Assembly (NCBI RefSeq): GCF_036676885.1
Contig: NZ_JAKFCB010000376.1
Coordinates: 1-58,351, forward strand
Reading direction: 5' to 3'
Length of the DNA: 58,351 nucleotides
Origin: Aeromicrobium sp.
GTDB lineage: Bacteria; Actinomycetota; Actinomycetes; Propionibacteriales; Nocardioidaceae
Shown here piece after piece: positions 10,465 through 20,133 of the stretch; position 1 is the stretch's first letter; each line of letters begins with the position of its first letter. The notes below the pieces were generated by a model, which saw only the letters and a program-made list of their open reading frames with translations, had not been told where the DNA came from and did no database searches. Made by a program: the position numbers and the translations under genes.

Positions 10465-11082
10465 GTGACCTCCGATCCCGTGCCGGACAGCGCACCTGCA
10501 GCCTCCCTCTCTCGCCGTGAACGGTTGCTGCATGTCGCGGCGGAGCTCTTCCTTCAGCACCCGTACGACTTGGTGACGGTCGAGATGGTGTGCGCGAAGG
10601 CCGGTATCTCTGGCCCTGGGCTCTATCGCCACTTCCAGAACAAGCAGGCCCTGCTGATCGCCGTCGTCGAGGCCCCGCTCGAGCACCTCCACCAGACCGC
10701 ACGGAGCATCGCCGAGGCCGAGCCAGATCCTCGGGCAGCCCTCGAGGCGATGGTCAGGTTTCACATCACGTCAGTCGTCTCCGAGGCCCCGACGACCCTG
10801 ATCTTCCTGCGCAACGAGCTCGCGGTCCCCGAACCCGATCGTCGCCGTATCCGTCGAGCGATGAACCTGTACGCCGAGGAATGGATCTCCGTGGTGTCGC
10901 CACAGCGGCCCGAGCTGTCCGATCCGGAGGTACGCCTGCTCACGCAGACTGTCTTCTCGATGCTGAACTCGGTCGCCGTCCTGAACAAGGGGCTGGACAA
11001 GCGCGCCATCGTCGAGACGATGTCTACGGCCGCAATCCAGGCACTGACCTCGCCCCGGCCGGAGTACGACCGCCCCACCTGA
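10465..11082 (+). CDS. TetR-family regulator (AccR/BkaR-like), copy 1
   Basis: HTH AAELF...Y..VTVE.VCAKAGISGPGLYRHF.NKQALL; start at GTG 10465 is an estimate. Confidence 0.92.
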   Translation: MTSDPVPDSAPAASLSRRERLLHVAAELFLQHPYDLVTVEMVCAKAGISGPGLYRHFQNKQALLIAVVEAPLEHLHQTARSIAEAEPDPRAALEAMVRFHITSVVSEAPTTLIFLRNELAVPEPDRRRIRRAMNLYAEEWISVVSPQRPELSDPEVRLLTQTVFSMLNSVAVLNKGLDKRAIVETMSTAAIQALTSPRPEYDRPT

Positions 11083-11093
11083 TGTGACTGCGG

Positions 11094-13001
11094 TCAACCA
11101 CGATCCGTCCGTGCAAGGCGAGCCTGGCGAGCTATCTCCTTTTCCTCGCCGGCGTCATACATGTCATCCACCAGGTCAGAGAAGGCGGCGAGGATGTTGG
11201 AGCGTCGGATGGTTGCCTTGGCCGTCAACTCACCGTCTGCTGCCGACAGCGCTCGCGGCAGGACCTGAAACTTCTTCAGCTGCAGAGGGCGTGCGAGCTC
11301 GGTGTTCACCTCGTCGATCCAGTCGCCGAGGGCGGCTTCCCGCTCGGCCGAGTCCATACCCCGTGCCTCCTCGCTGACACTGAGCAGAACCGTGAGGTAC
11401 TTCCGGCCCTCTCCCACGACGATCGCCTCATCGATCAGCGGACTCGTCTTGAGACGCACCTCGATCGGCTGCGGACTGACCATCTTGCCGCCGGTCGTCT
11501 TCAGGACGTCCTTCAGTCGCCCGATGATCTTCACCTCGCCAAAGGAATCCAGCTCGACCAGGTCCCCTGTGCCGTACCACTCACCTTCCATGGCCGCTGC
11601 CGTCGCCGCCTGATCACGCCAGTAGCCGGTGAAAAGACAGGGCGAGCGCAACTGCAGCTCCCCGTCGTCAGACACGCGAAGGTCCCACCGCGGGTCAGGC
11701 AGAGACTTGCCGATCGTCCCCGGAGCGGGAAACGCCCGGTCCCACTGAGCCACGACCGATCCGCACGTCTCCGTCGTGCCGAAGAGTTCGCGCAGATCGA
11801 CCCCCCACATGTGCCACAACGCCGCCACATCGGGAGTCATGCTCCCCGAGGCGGTCCAGCTGACGCTGATGCGGTCCATGCCAACCTTGGCCCGTAACGG
11901 GACGAACACGAATGTCGTGCTGAGGCGGTCGAGGGCCTGAAGGTGTCTCGGCAACGGGCGGCCCTGCCACCGCAACGCGCTGGCCTTTCGCGCGACCTTC
12001 ATCGCCACGGAGTATGCGAAACGAAACGCCTTCCCGGACTCCCCCAGCGCTTGCAGCACTTCGCTCGCAAGCTTCTCGTGCATTCGCGGCGGCCACACGA
12101 CCGCTGTCGGCCGAACCCCCACGAGCGCCTCGGCACGCTGCTCCATCGTGCAGTAGGTGTTGACGAGCCGAGTCATGATCGGAGCGAAGACCCCCAGCAG
12201 CGCCGGCGCGACGTGGGAGAGCCCGAGGAAGGCCACGAGATCGTGCCTGGTGGTGCCGATCTCGGGGTAGGACATGGCAAATCCGAGTACGGAGTACTGG
12301 AGCGTGCGATGGGTGTGCATCACACCCTTGGGGGCACCAGTGGATCCGGAGGTGTAGAACAACGCCGCAAGCTGGTCGACCTCACCGGCCTCGACAAGCG
12401 CAGAGAACAGGTCAGGTTGCGCGACCGCCTGAGCGCCACCGGCCGCGCACAACCGGTCCCACCGCACAGCGACAACCGCGTCCGGCAAACCCGCTGGCTC
12501 CGATTCGAACCCGACGATCGCGCGCACGTCCGGCAGTCGCGAGACGACAGCGGCCACTTTGGCGACGTCAGGGGCCCCCTCGACGAACACCACCGTTGCG
12601 CCGCTGTCCTTCAGGACGTACTCGACCTCGGGGACCGCGCTCGTCGGATACACCCCGACCGGGACGCCGCCCACGCTCAGGATCGCGAGAGCCGCCACCA
12701 CCCACTCGGTACGTGTGGACGACATGATGGCAACTCGGTCGCCCGAAACCACACCGAGCTCATGCAATCCCAGCGCAGCCTCCCGCACGTTGCTGACATA
12801 GTCGTGCCAGCTGGTCGCCCGCGCCGCGCCGTCTTCCCAGCTGCAGAACGCGACCGCGTTCGGTTCGTGCTCAGCGCGGTCGCACAGCATCTGCGCGAAG
12901 GTGCGGTCCACCGCTTCGAATCCCGACAACTGCCTCAGGACAGGCCCGCCCTCCGGGTCGCCACCAGGTGGATTCGCTGCCGTTACGCGCTCTTGACTCA
13001 T
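11094..13001 (-). CDS. Long-chain-type acyl-CoA synthetase (FAA1-like)
   Basis: YTSGSTGAPKGVM.TH, FGTTE, WYGTGD, GRLKD, GELT..ATIRR. Confidence 0.9.
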   Translation of the reverse strand: MSQERVTAANPPGGDPEGGPVLRQLSGFEAVDRTFAQMLCDRAEHEPNAVAFCSWEDGAARATSWHDYVSNVREAALGLHELGVVSGDRVAIMSSTRTEWVVAALAILSVGGVPVGVYPTSAVPEVEYVLKDSGATVVFVEGAPDVAKVAAVVSRLPDVRAIVGFESEPAGLPDAVVAVRWDRLCAAGGAQAVAQPDLFSALVEAGEVDQLAALFYTSGSTGAPKGVMHTHRTLQYSVLGFAMSYPEIGTTRHDLVAFLGLSHVAPALLGVFAPIMTRLVNTYCTMEQRAEALVGVRPTAVVWPPRMHEKLASEVLQALGESGKAFRFAYSVAMKVARKASALRWQGRPLPRHLQALDRLSTTFVFVPLRAKVGMDRISVSWTASGSMTPDVAALWHMWGVDLRELFGTTETCGSVVAQWDRAFPAPGTIGKSLPDPRWDLRVSDDGELQLRSPCLFTGYWRDQAATAAAMEGEWYGTGDLVELDSFGEVKIIGRLKDVLKTTGGKMVSPQPIEVRLKTSPLIDEAIVVGEGRKYLTVLLSVSEEARGMDSAEREAALGDWIDEVNTELARPLQLKKFQVLPRALSAADGELTAKATIRRSNILAAFSDLVDDMYDAGEEKEIARQARLARTDRG

Positions 13002-13003
13002 GA

Positions 13004-14266
13004 TCAGTCCAGTCCTTCAGACAGCTTGTTGATCTCGACGCCTGTGTAGCGCTTGGTGAGAGACCATTTCCCATCAACGACTTGGTAGATACCGTAATCC
13101 GGGGCAGACGTGTTCGACGCGCTGAAATCGACCGGACCAGTTGCGCCCTGGTAGTCAATCTTCTTCTTTTCGGCCAGCAGATCCAAGGCCTCGTCCAGGG
13201 TGAACACGGGAGTGCCACCTGGATCAGTGACCTTGTGGAGATTGTCAGCGATCGCAGTGCCATCGGCCTTGCCGCCGGCCGCCATCGCGAGGACACCCGA
13301 GACCACGGCGTCGTACGCTGTCGCCGCCGACGGCTCCTTGGCGATGGCAGCGCCCTCCTTCTCGCCGTATTCTGCGACGAGCAGGTCGCGCATTCCGTCA
13401 ACCGCCGGCGACTCCGACGCTGCCGGAAGCTGGCCATATGCGCCCTCGAGATACTTGCCGCCGACCTCCTCGAGCAGTACGGGGTAGGTCAGCTCTGCGA
13501 TGAACGACCATTTGCCGGGGATCCCCTGCCGCGCCCACTCGCGAACGATCGGCACTGCAGCCTCCACCGAACCTGCCAGGAAGACGATGTCGGGCTTGGG
13601 CCCGAATGCCTTGCGAACCTCCGGCAGGTACGAGCTCTGGCCACCGTTGAACGCAACCTTGGCCACCACGTTGCCTCCGAGCTGTGTGTAGAACTTCTCC
13701 AGATGCGTGGAGGTACTCTTCGACGAGTCAGCGTTCTCGTAGAGGATGGAGAGGGTCTTGAATCCTCGATCGATGAGGTTCTTCGCAACCGCCAGGCCAT
13801 CGAACGTGTCCGGTCCAACCGTGCGGAACGTATACGGGTTGGCCTTGTCGTCGTACTCGACAATGCCGGCATAGGGAGACGCGATGGCGACCTCGTTGCG
13901 TTTGGCCTGAGTGAGGGTGGCCATGAACGTCGACGACGACGGGCCGACGATGAACTGCGCACCGTCTTTGTTGATGAGCTTCGTGACGACGCGGACCCCG
14001 TCCTCGGCGTTGAACTTCTCGTCCTCGCTGACGACCTTCAGCTTGGCGCCACCCACACCCCCCCGCTCGTTGACGTGATTCACGACTGCCCTGGTGATCT
14101 GGTCAACGGGCTTGCCGTACGCGGCCGCCTCCCCCGACAGCGGCGCGGCGACCCCGATGACGGCGCTACCGTCCGAAGCCGCACTGCACCCTGCCAGTGC
14201 TGTCCCGGATGCGATGGCGACGAACCCGACCGACGCCTTGAACGCCGTTGCTCTGAAACTCTTCAT
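13004..14266 (-). CDS. ABC transporter substrate-binding lipoprotein (LivK/HAAT family)
   Basis: Lipobox LAGC; IG..APLSG..A.YG, FRT, YDA, YQGATGPVDF; AGGAGG RBS. Confidence 0.9.
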   Translation of the reverse strand: MKSFRATAFKASVGFVAIASGTALAGCSAASDGSAVIGVAAPLSGEAAAYGKPVDQITRAVVNHVNERGGVGGAKLKVVSEDEKFNAEDGVRVVTKLINKDGAQFIVGPSSSTFMATLTQAKRNEVAIASPYAGIVEYDDKANPYTFRTVGPDTFDGLAVAKNLIDRGFKTLSILYENADSSKSTSTHLEKFYTQLGGNVVAKVAFNGGQSSYLPEVRKAFGPKPDIVFLAGSVEAAVPIVREWARQGIPGKWSFIAELTYPVLLEEVGGKYLEGAYGQLPAASESPAVDGMRDLLVAEYGEKEGAAIAKEPSAATAYDAVVSGVLAMAAGGKADGTAIADNLHKVTDPGGTPVFTLDEALDLLAEKKKIDYQGATGPVDFSASNTSAPDYGIYQVVDGKWSLTKRYTGVEINKLSEGLD

Positions 14267-14346
14267 GTCTCGAACCTCCTGCTAGAACCGTTGCGATGGA
14301 CTCGAACTCCTTGGCGCTGCCAGGAGCGGTGTGCTGTGCCTCTCAT

Positions 14347-15087
14347 TCAGTGATGAATCTGCGCGGCAGCTATCCCTGGGACCCGAGCGCCCAAGAACAT
14401 CTCCGCGAAGCCGGGGTCCGCGAGCAGCTCCGGCCCTGTCGCCTCGTGGCGAATCTGACCGGAGTCCATGAGGAACACCCGGCCGCACAGGGGGAGAATC
14501 TGGCTCGGATGCTCTTCGATCACCCAGAGGACACCGGTGCCACTTCGCTCGATGACACAGATCTGCTCGATGAGAGAGTCGACGATCTGAGGCGCGAGCC
14601 CCGTGGTGGGCTCGTCGAGGATCAGAAGCCGTGGCTTCATCAGCAATGACGAGCCGATGGCGAGCTGCTGGCGTTGGCCACCTGAAAGTGTCCCCGCTCG
14701 CTGCTTCCGACGGTCGGCAAGGATCGGGAACAGCTCGAAGATCTCGTCCACTCGATCGTGGGGCAGGCGCATCGCACGAGTGACGACCTCCAGGTTGTCC
14801 TCGACTGACAACGCGCCGAACACGTTGCGCAGTTGAGGTGTGTATCCGAGCCCGCGTCGCGCTCGCTCGCGCGCGGACGTGCCATCGAGGGCTTCACTGT
14901 CGAGGCTGACGCTCCCGCCACGCGAGTCGACCACTCCGGCGATGGTCTGCACCAGGGTTGTCTTGCCGGCCCCGTTGGGCCCGATGATCGCCGTGATGGC
15001 TCCTTCTTCGACCGCAAAAGAGGCGCCCCGGATGATGGTGGTCTTGCCGTAGCCGCTGGTGAGGCCTTCGACTTCAAGCAGGGACAT
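14347..15087 (-). CDS. HAAT ABC transporter ATPase (LivF-like)
   Basis: GPNGAGKT, AGTLSGGQRQ.LA, LDEPTTGLAP. Confidence 0.92.
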   Translation of the reverse strand: MSLLEVEGLTSGYGKTTIIRGASFAVEEGAITAIIGPNGAGKTTLVQTIAGVVDSRGGSVSLDSEALDGTSARERARRGLGYTPQLRNVFGALSVEDNLEVVTRAMRLPHDRVDEIFELFPILADRRKQRAGTLSGGQRQQLAIGSSLLMKPRLLILDEPTTGLAPQIVDSLIEQICVIERSGTGVLWVIEEHPSQILPLCGRVFLMDSGQIRHEATGPELLADPGFAEMFLGARVPGIAAAQIHH

Positions 15088-15859
15088 GTCGCACTCCCAG
15101 ATAGGTTTCGATCACAAGTGGATCGCGGACGACCTCGGCGGGCTGGCCGCTGGCGATGACGTGGCCCTCGTGCATCACGTACAGCGCATCGGAGATCGTG
15201 TTGATGAATGACATGTTGTGCTCGATGACGAGCACGGTCACGCCTTCTGCATCGCGCAGCTGACGCACGGTCGACGACAGTCGGTGCTGGTCCTCAGGAT
15301 TGAGGCCCGACGATGGTTCATCAAGCATCAGCAACGACGGCGGATCCATCAGCAAGCGGGCGATCTGGAGCAGACGCCCGCGACCGATCGAGAGGTCACC
15401 CGCGCGGGTGTTGGCCAATTCGGCCATACCCATGCGCTCGAGGAGTGTCCAGGCACGGTCAACCAGGTCCCGCTCGCTTCTCCAGACCCGCCTCGGCGAT
15501 GTGAACAAGCGCGCCAGACTCTCGCCCGGGACTGACCGCACCGAGGTGAGCAGGTTCTGCAAGACAGACATGTCCGTGAAGTCGGCCGTGTTCTGAAAGG
15601 TGCGTTTGAGACCAGCGCCGGCGAGCCTGTGTGCTGACGCACCGGTGACGACACGACCGTCAAACACGACCGTTCCTTCGTCCGGCCTGAGAAAGCCTGA
15701 GACCGCGTTGAACAGTGTCGTCTTGCCGGAGCCATTCGGCCCGATCAGGCCGGTGATCTTGCCTTGTTCAACCGACATGTCGACGCCGTCGAGGGCCCGG
15801 AGCTGACCGAACGTCTTCACGAGTCCGTCGATCTCGAGGAGGGGGTTCGCTGAATTCAT
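15074..15859 (-). CDS. HAAT ABC transporter ATPase (LivG-like)
   Basis: GPNGSGKTT, RTFQ, LDEPSSGLN, IEHNM, V.ETYLG. Confidence 0.92.
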   Translation of the reverse strand: MNSANPLLEIDGLVKTFGQLRALDGVDMSVEQGKITGLIGPNGSGKTTLFNAVSGFLRPDEGTVVFDGRVVTGASAHRLAGAGLKRTFQNTADFTDMSVLQNLLTSVRSVPGESLARLFTSPRRVWRSERDLVDRAWTLLERMGMAELANTRAGDLSIGRGRLLQIARLLMDPPSLLMLDEPSSGLNPEDQHRLSSTVRQLRDAEGVTVLVIEHNMSFINTISDALYVMHEGHVIASGQPAEVVRDPLVIETYLGVRHVPA

Positions 15860-16848
15860 GGACGACCACCCGCGGCAGTAGTGGCCAGAACGCGAGGCGC
15901 TGGGCTGACTTCGGCCGGCGGCGGATAGACGGCGAGCCGTGGGCGGGAGAGCCCACCGGGCCAGAACAGCAGGATCACGATCAGGACGACCCCCTGCAGC
16001 GCGTCCTGGAGGCTGGTCATCCTTTCTGACGTGATGAAGTCGACCTGGATGTAGGTCAGACCTTCGCGCATCCCGAGCAGGACGATGGCACCGACAACGG
16101 CACCCACGTTGCTCCCGGTCCCCCCGATGATCAGCGCGATGAAGATCGTGAAGGTGATGTTCACGCTGAAGAAGGTCGGAGTGAGGATCGACAGATACCA
16201 GACGTACATGACGCCGGCCAACCCCATGAAGAAGGCGGCGAACACGAAAGCCTTGAGCTTCACGGCGTACACGTTCACGCCGAGAGAGCGAGCGACCGCT
16301 TCGTTCTGCTTCACCGCGAGCAGGCTTCGGCCGAACGCGGACCGGGTCACGCGCCGGAACAGCAGGAAGGTGACCGCCAGGACCACCAGTGCGATGCCGG
16401 CGATGAAGACAGACTGCATACGACCTGGGATCGATTCGACGTACGGCACCGGGGCGTCGAGAAGTCCGCGCGCTCCGTTGGCGATCGTCGGCTGGTTCAT
16501 GAACAGCTGGCGAGTCATCTCAGCCAGCGCAAGCGTCACGACAGCGAGATAGTCGCCCCCGACCCTCAGCAACGCCACTCCGACGACCAGTGCGAGCAAC
16601 GCCGACACCAGACCGCCGAATATCGCACCCGCTCCCCACGGCAAACCAAGTCCGAGGATGTATGTGTATGACCCAGAGGGAGCCGGCATGACGGCGAGCG
16701 CATAGCCATAGGCGCCGACGCCGAAGAACGCCGCCACACCGAAGTTGACCATCCCGCCGGCGCCAAACTGAAGATTGAGCGCCAGGGCGGCAACTCCATA
16801 GATCCCCATCAGGGTGATCAACCCGGCAACAATGAGCAGAGTGCTCAT
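15856..16848 (-). CDS. HAAT ABC permease (LivM-like)
   Basis: Hydrophobic; LNL..G..GMVNFG, LR..GDYLAVVTL, IIGG.GS..G. Confidence 0.92.
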   Translation of the reverse strand: MSTLLIVAGLITLMGIYGVAALALNLQFGAGGMVNFGVAAFFGVGAYGYALAVMPAPSGSYTYILGLGLPWGAGAIFGGLVSALLALVVGVALLRVGGDYLAVVTLALAEMTRQLFMNQPTIANGARGLLDAPVPYVESIPGRMQSVFIAGIALVVLAVTFLLFRRVTRSAFGRSLLAVKQNEAVARSLGVNVYAVKLKAFVFAAFFMGLAGVMYVWYLSILTPTFFSVNITFTIFIALIIGGTGSNVGAVVGAIVLLGMREGLTYIQVDFITSERMTSLQDALQGVVLIVILLFWPGGLSRPRLAVYPPPAEVSPAPRVLATTAAGGRP

Positions 16849-17711
16849 GCGACACGCTCCTTCGGACCGCTGAAGAGGCCCTCGGGCCGGAAAAAGACGA
16901 CCAGGCCGATGACCGCGAACACCACCATCTGGGTGTACTGGGACGGCATGACCAGGGTGGTGAGGCTTGAGGTGAGTCCAACCAACACGGCAGCGAGCAT
17001 CACGCCGTAGATGCTGCCCAGCCCACCGATGATTGCGGCGGCTGAGATGAGCAACACCTGATCCCAGCCGAGCTCTGGGTAGATGCGACCAGTCAACGCG
17101 ATGAGAATTCCCGCGAGGGCTGCCAAGGCGCTCGAAACTGCCCAGGTGACGTATTGGAGATACGACGTGTTGACGCCGCGCACCTCAGCCAACGCTTGGT
17201 TGTTCGCCATCGCGCGCATCGCTCGTCCGCTGTAGGACTGGGACAGCCAGAAGTGCAGTGCCAGAGCCACTGCTGCGGCTATGACGATGACGGCGATCTG
17301 ATCGATGCCGGCCACCGCGGTCTCGCCAATGCGCAAAGTCTCCTGCAAGGGGACGTCGAGCGTCTTCACGCCGTACCCGGTGAACAGCTCGATCATCGAG
17401 TGCAAGAAGAACGCAAGACCGACCGATGCGATCAAGGGGATGTGGTGTGGACGTCCGCGCATCGGCCAGAAGATCAGCCGAGCCGAGACGACGCCGACGA
17501 GTGTTGTGACCACAATCGCCGCGAAGCACGAGAGGATCCAATGCATCCCGAGCTGCACGTTGAACCCGTATGCGCTGAACCCGCCGAGCACGATGAGTTG
17601 GGGGTGCGCGATGTTGAGAAAGCCCTCCACCCGGCGTACCAGTTCGAAGCCGACCGTCGCTAGCAGCAGAACAGAGCCGCTGATGAGGCCTGCGACAATG
17701 GCGGTCAACAC
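16845..17711 (-). CDS. HAAT ABC permease (LivH-like)
   Basis: Hydrophobic; LNIAH, GRAMRAMA.N...A...GVN, IIGGLGSI.G, RPEGLF. Confidence 0.92.
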   Translation of the reverse strand: MLTAIVAGLISGSVLLLATVGFELVRRVEGFLNIAHPQLIVLGGFSAYGFNVQLGMHWILSCFAAIVVTTLVGVVSARLIFWPMRGRPHHIPLIASVGLAFFLHSMIELFTGYGVKTLDVPLQETLRIGETAVAGIDQIAVIVIAAAVALALHFWLSQSYSGRAMRAMANNQALAEVRGVNTSYLQYVTWAVSSALAALAGILIALTGRIYPELGWDQVLLISAAAIIGGLGSIYGVMLAAVLVGLTSSLTTLVMPSQYTQMVVFAVIGLVVFFRPEGLFSGPKERVA

Positions 17712-17833
17712 GACTCAGCCTCTTGCGCGTGGGGAGAACCGTTGCTGAGGACCAAGACTCCAGACCGGCCCAGAACATCGAATCTCGTAGCCTGATTGCT
17801 TTCGAGTGAGGTCATGATCTTCCCTTCAGCTCT

Positions 17834-18685
17834 CTAGCTCGACTGCGAAACCAGGACGGAGTGCCCTTGGCCGCGGGCCGAGGGGAACTCGGCCGGTCGG
17901 CGTTCGCGGAATGCCTGGCGGGCTTCGAGGTAGTCCGCGCTGGCGAACCCCAGGGTTTCCAGCGCCGCAGACAGCTCTTGCTGTGGAAGGGCATTGGTCA
18001 GCCATCCTGAGTTCAGTGAGCGCTTGGTCCAGCGGATGGCCTGTTGCGAGCCTTGCGCGAGGTCGTCAGCGATCTGGAGGGCCCGCTCAAGAACCGCCTC
18101 TTTCGGCTCCACCAGGCTGACCAGGCCGATACGTTCGGCCTCGGCACCGGTCAAGCTTGCGGAGGTCAGTTGGTAGTACTTCGCCTTTGCCATGCCGACC
18201 AGGAGCGGCCAGATCAGGGACGAGTGGTCGCCTGCGACCACTCCGACGCGGGTGTGACCGTCACGCAGCAATGCGTCATCGGCGGCCACGCTGATGTCCG
18301 CGAGCAGTCCCATTGACAGGCCCCAACCAACTGCCGGGCCGTTGATGGCCGAGATGAGGGGCTTGTCCATGTTCAGGAGGTTGAGGATCCTGCGACGCTC
18401 CCCCTCCATCAGGGCGATTGCCTCGTCCAAGGTGGGGTCCGGCTGACGCACATCCATGCCGGTGCAGAAGCCACGGCCGGCGCCGGTGATGACGGCGACC
18501 TTTGTCTCAGGGTCACGGTCGACGTCGACCCAGATGTCGGTCATGTGGTCGAACATCGGCATCGTCAGCGAGTTCAGCTGCTCGGGGCGGTTCAACGTGA
18601 TGAGCAGGACCCCGTTCGGCTTGCGCTCGACCAGGATCTCCTTCGGGTACCGGCTGAAGATGTCGTTCGGGGCCAGGGTGCTCAT
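17834..18685 (-). CDS. Crotonase-family enzyme lacking canonical catalytic glutamates
   Basis: LNRPEQLN, GAGRGFCTGMD, AINGPAVG.G, DGHTRVGVVAGDH; ATG at 18685 overlaps the LLM stop (ATGA). Confidence 0.9.
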   Translation of the reverse strand: MSTLAPNDIFSRYPKEILVERKPNGVLLITLNRPEQLNSLTMPMFDHMTDIWVDVDRDPETKVAVITGAGRGFCTGMDVRQPDPTLDEAIALMEGERRRILNLLNMDKPLISAINGPAVGWGLSMGLLADISVAADDALLRDGHTRVGVVAGDHSSLIWPLLVGMAKAKYYQLTSASLTGAEAERIGLVSLVEPKEAVLERALQIADDLAQGSQQAIRWTKRSLNSGWLTNALPQQELSAALETLGFASADYLEARQAFRERRPAEFPSARGQGHSVLVSQSS

Positions 18686-19884
18686 CGCGCGTCTCCTACG
18701 TGGGTGGGGATCTCGGTTGCTTGCTTGTCTGCTGCTTCCGCTTCGAATGCCTCGAGCTCGGCATAGTGCGCTGGTCGAGCGGTGCGGATGTCGCCCAAGA
18801 TGGCGTCCGGGGTTCGCACCACGGCGCGGGGATTCTTGAATTTGGGAATCACGTACTTCCCGAACAGCTCGATCGACTTCATGAGCTCCTTGTGGGGAAG
18901 CCCGTCGATACGCATGACGAGTGCGTCCGCGCCAGCATCGGCAAAGCGTTGTACCTGGGCGACGCAATCGTCCGGGTCGCCGACGATGAAGCCGGTCGAG
19001 TCCTCGATCATGTAGCGCTCGTCGCTGAAGTCGACGTCCTTGACCGCTCCCATGTAGGCGTAGTCCGAGGACAGCTTCGAGAGCCGCTGGTAGGCATCCG
19101 TCGACAGCGCGACGGTCTCACTGAGGTGCCGGGCCCACGTCACTGCTTCGTCCCGGGTCTCAGCGCAATGCATCCCGCCGCCGACCGCGACGAGCTTCTC
19201 AGCCTGGACCGGGTAGGTGTGCGTCGCGCCGGCGAGAGCCTCGTCGTAGATGCCGAGCATGTTCTCGACGAAGTCAAAACCGAGGTAGAAGCCGCCAACA
19301 ATGGCGCCGACACCGAGCTCCCCCGCCATTCGAACCGAGTCAGGGCTTCCGGTGGCCATGGAGATCGGCGGATACGGGGCCTGAATCGCTTTGGGCACCA
19401 GCCCGCGAGGGGGAATCTTGTAGTGCTCGCCAACGAAGGAGAACACATCGTTGTGCAGCGCACGGCGGATGACCTCAAGCCCCTCGATCATCTGCGCCTT
19501 GTTCTCCGTCGGCGAGACCTCGAACGCCCGCAGGGCCAGCGTCGTGTTGCCCCGACCAACGCCCAGCTCAACCCGGCCGTTGGACAAGATGTCCTCAGTA
19601 GCCAGCCGTTCGGCGACCCGGAGCGCGTGGTTGATACGCGTCGGCAGCAGCGTCACCAGATGCATGAACCGAATGCGGCTGGTCAGCGCCATCATGTACG
19701 GATAGAGGACCTCCGGAGCCGAAGTCGTCGCCGTACCAATCGCGACGTGCTGCTCCGAGGTGCCGAACGCATCGAACCCCACCTGCTCGGCAAGAAGCAC
19801 CTCGTCGATGAGCTCTCGGTAGCGGTACTCGTGGGTGTGCCCCGGAGCCGTCTCGCCCTCGCTCATAAAGATGAACCGCATCAT
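18682..19884 (-). CDS. Luciferase-like (LLM) flavin-dependent monooxygenase
   Basis: AEQVGFD....SEQH, SAPEV, RVAERLAT.DILSNGRVELGVGRG, IVGDPDDC, ELFGKYVIP.F. Confidence 0.92.
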   Translation of the reverse strand: MMRFIFMSEGETAPGHTHEYRYRELIDEVLLAEQVGFDAFGTSEQHVAIGTATTSAPEVLYPYMMALTSRIRFMHLVTLLPTRINHALRVAERLATEDILSNGRVELGVGRGNTTLALRAFEVSPTENKAQMIEGLEVIRRALHNDVFSFVGEHYKIPPRGLVPKAIQAPYPPISMATGSPDSVRMAGELGVGAIVGGFYLGFDFVENMLGIYDEALAGATHTYPVQAEKLVAVGGGMHCAETRDEAVTWARHLSETVALSTDAYQRLSKLSSDYAYMGAVKDVDFSDERYMIEDSTGFIVGDPDDCVAQVQRFADAGADALVMRIDGLPHKELMKSIELFGKYVIPKFKNPRAVVRTPDAILGDIRTARPAHYAELEAFEAEAADKQATEIPTHVGDAR

Positions 19885-19901
19885 CCAACCCTTCACATCG
19901 T

Positions 19902-19943
19902 GTTAATTTGGATTAACCTAGGGATCGAATGTGACCTTGTCAA
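19902..19943 (-). promoter_or_regulatory. Promoter of the LLM-ABC-ligase operon overlapped by a TetR operator
   Basis: Minus strand TTGACA (19943-19938), 17 bp, TAGGTT (19920-19915); GTTAAT-TTGG-ATTAAC at 19902-19917. Confidence 0.8.
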
Positions 19944-20045
19944 CACCTTCCAGCAGATTGCAGCGGAATCTATGATCTTTCTGAACTCACAGCGATTTTG
20001 GAATCGTGTGGTGTCCCCCAACGTAAAATGCTGTTGCTCCCGGGA

Positions 20046-20061
20046 GTGATTCTGTATTAAC
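20046..20061. promoter_or_regulatory. Degenerate TetR operator upstream of tetR2
   Basis: GTGATT-CTGT-ATTAAC, two mismatches to consensus, downstream of TAAAAT at 20024. Confidence 0.55.
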
Positions 20062-20133
20062 GTTCAGGCAAATGATCCTTCTCAAAACAGGTCTTGACCG
20101 CCGCCTTCGGCAGGCGAGTCAAGATCGCGATCG

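Noticed and set aside
603-19884. Secondary-metabolite biosynthetic cluster
   Set aside because: No carrier protein, PKS/NRPS or exporter, and the transporter is an importer with a binding protein; catabolism is favoured though not proven
20090-20126. Riboswitch in the tetR2 leader
   Set aside because: A single bulged hairpin with no recognisable aptamer motif
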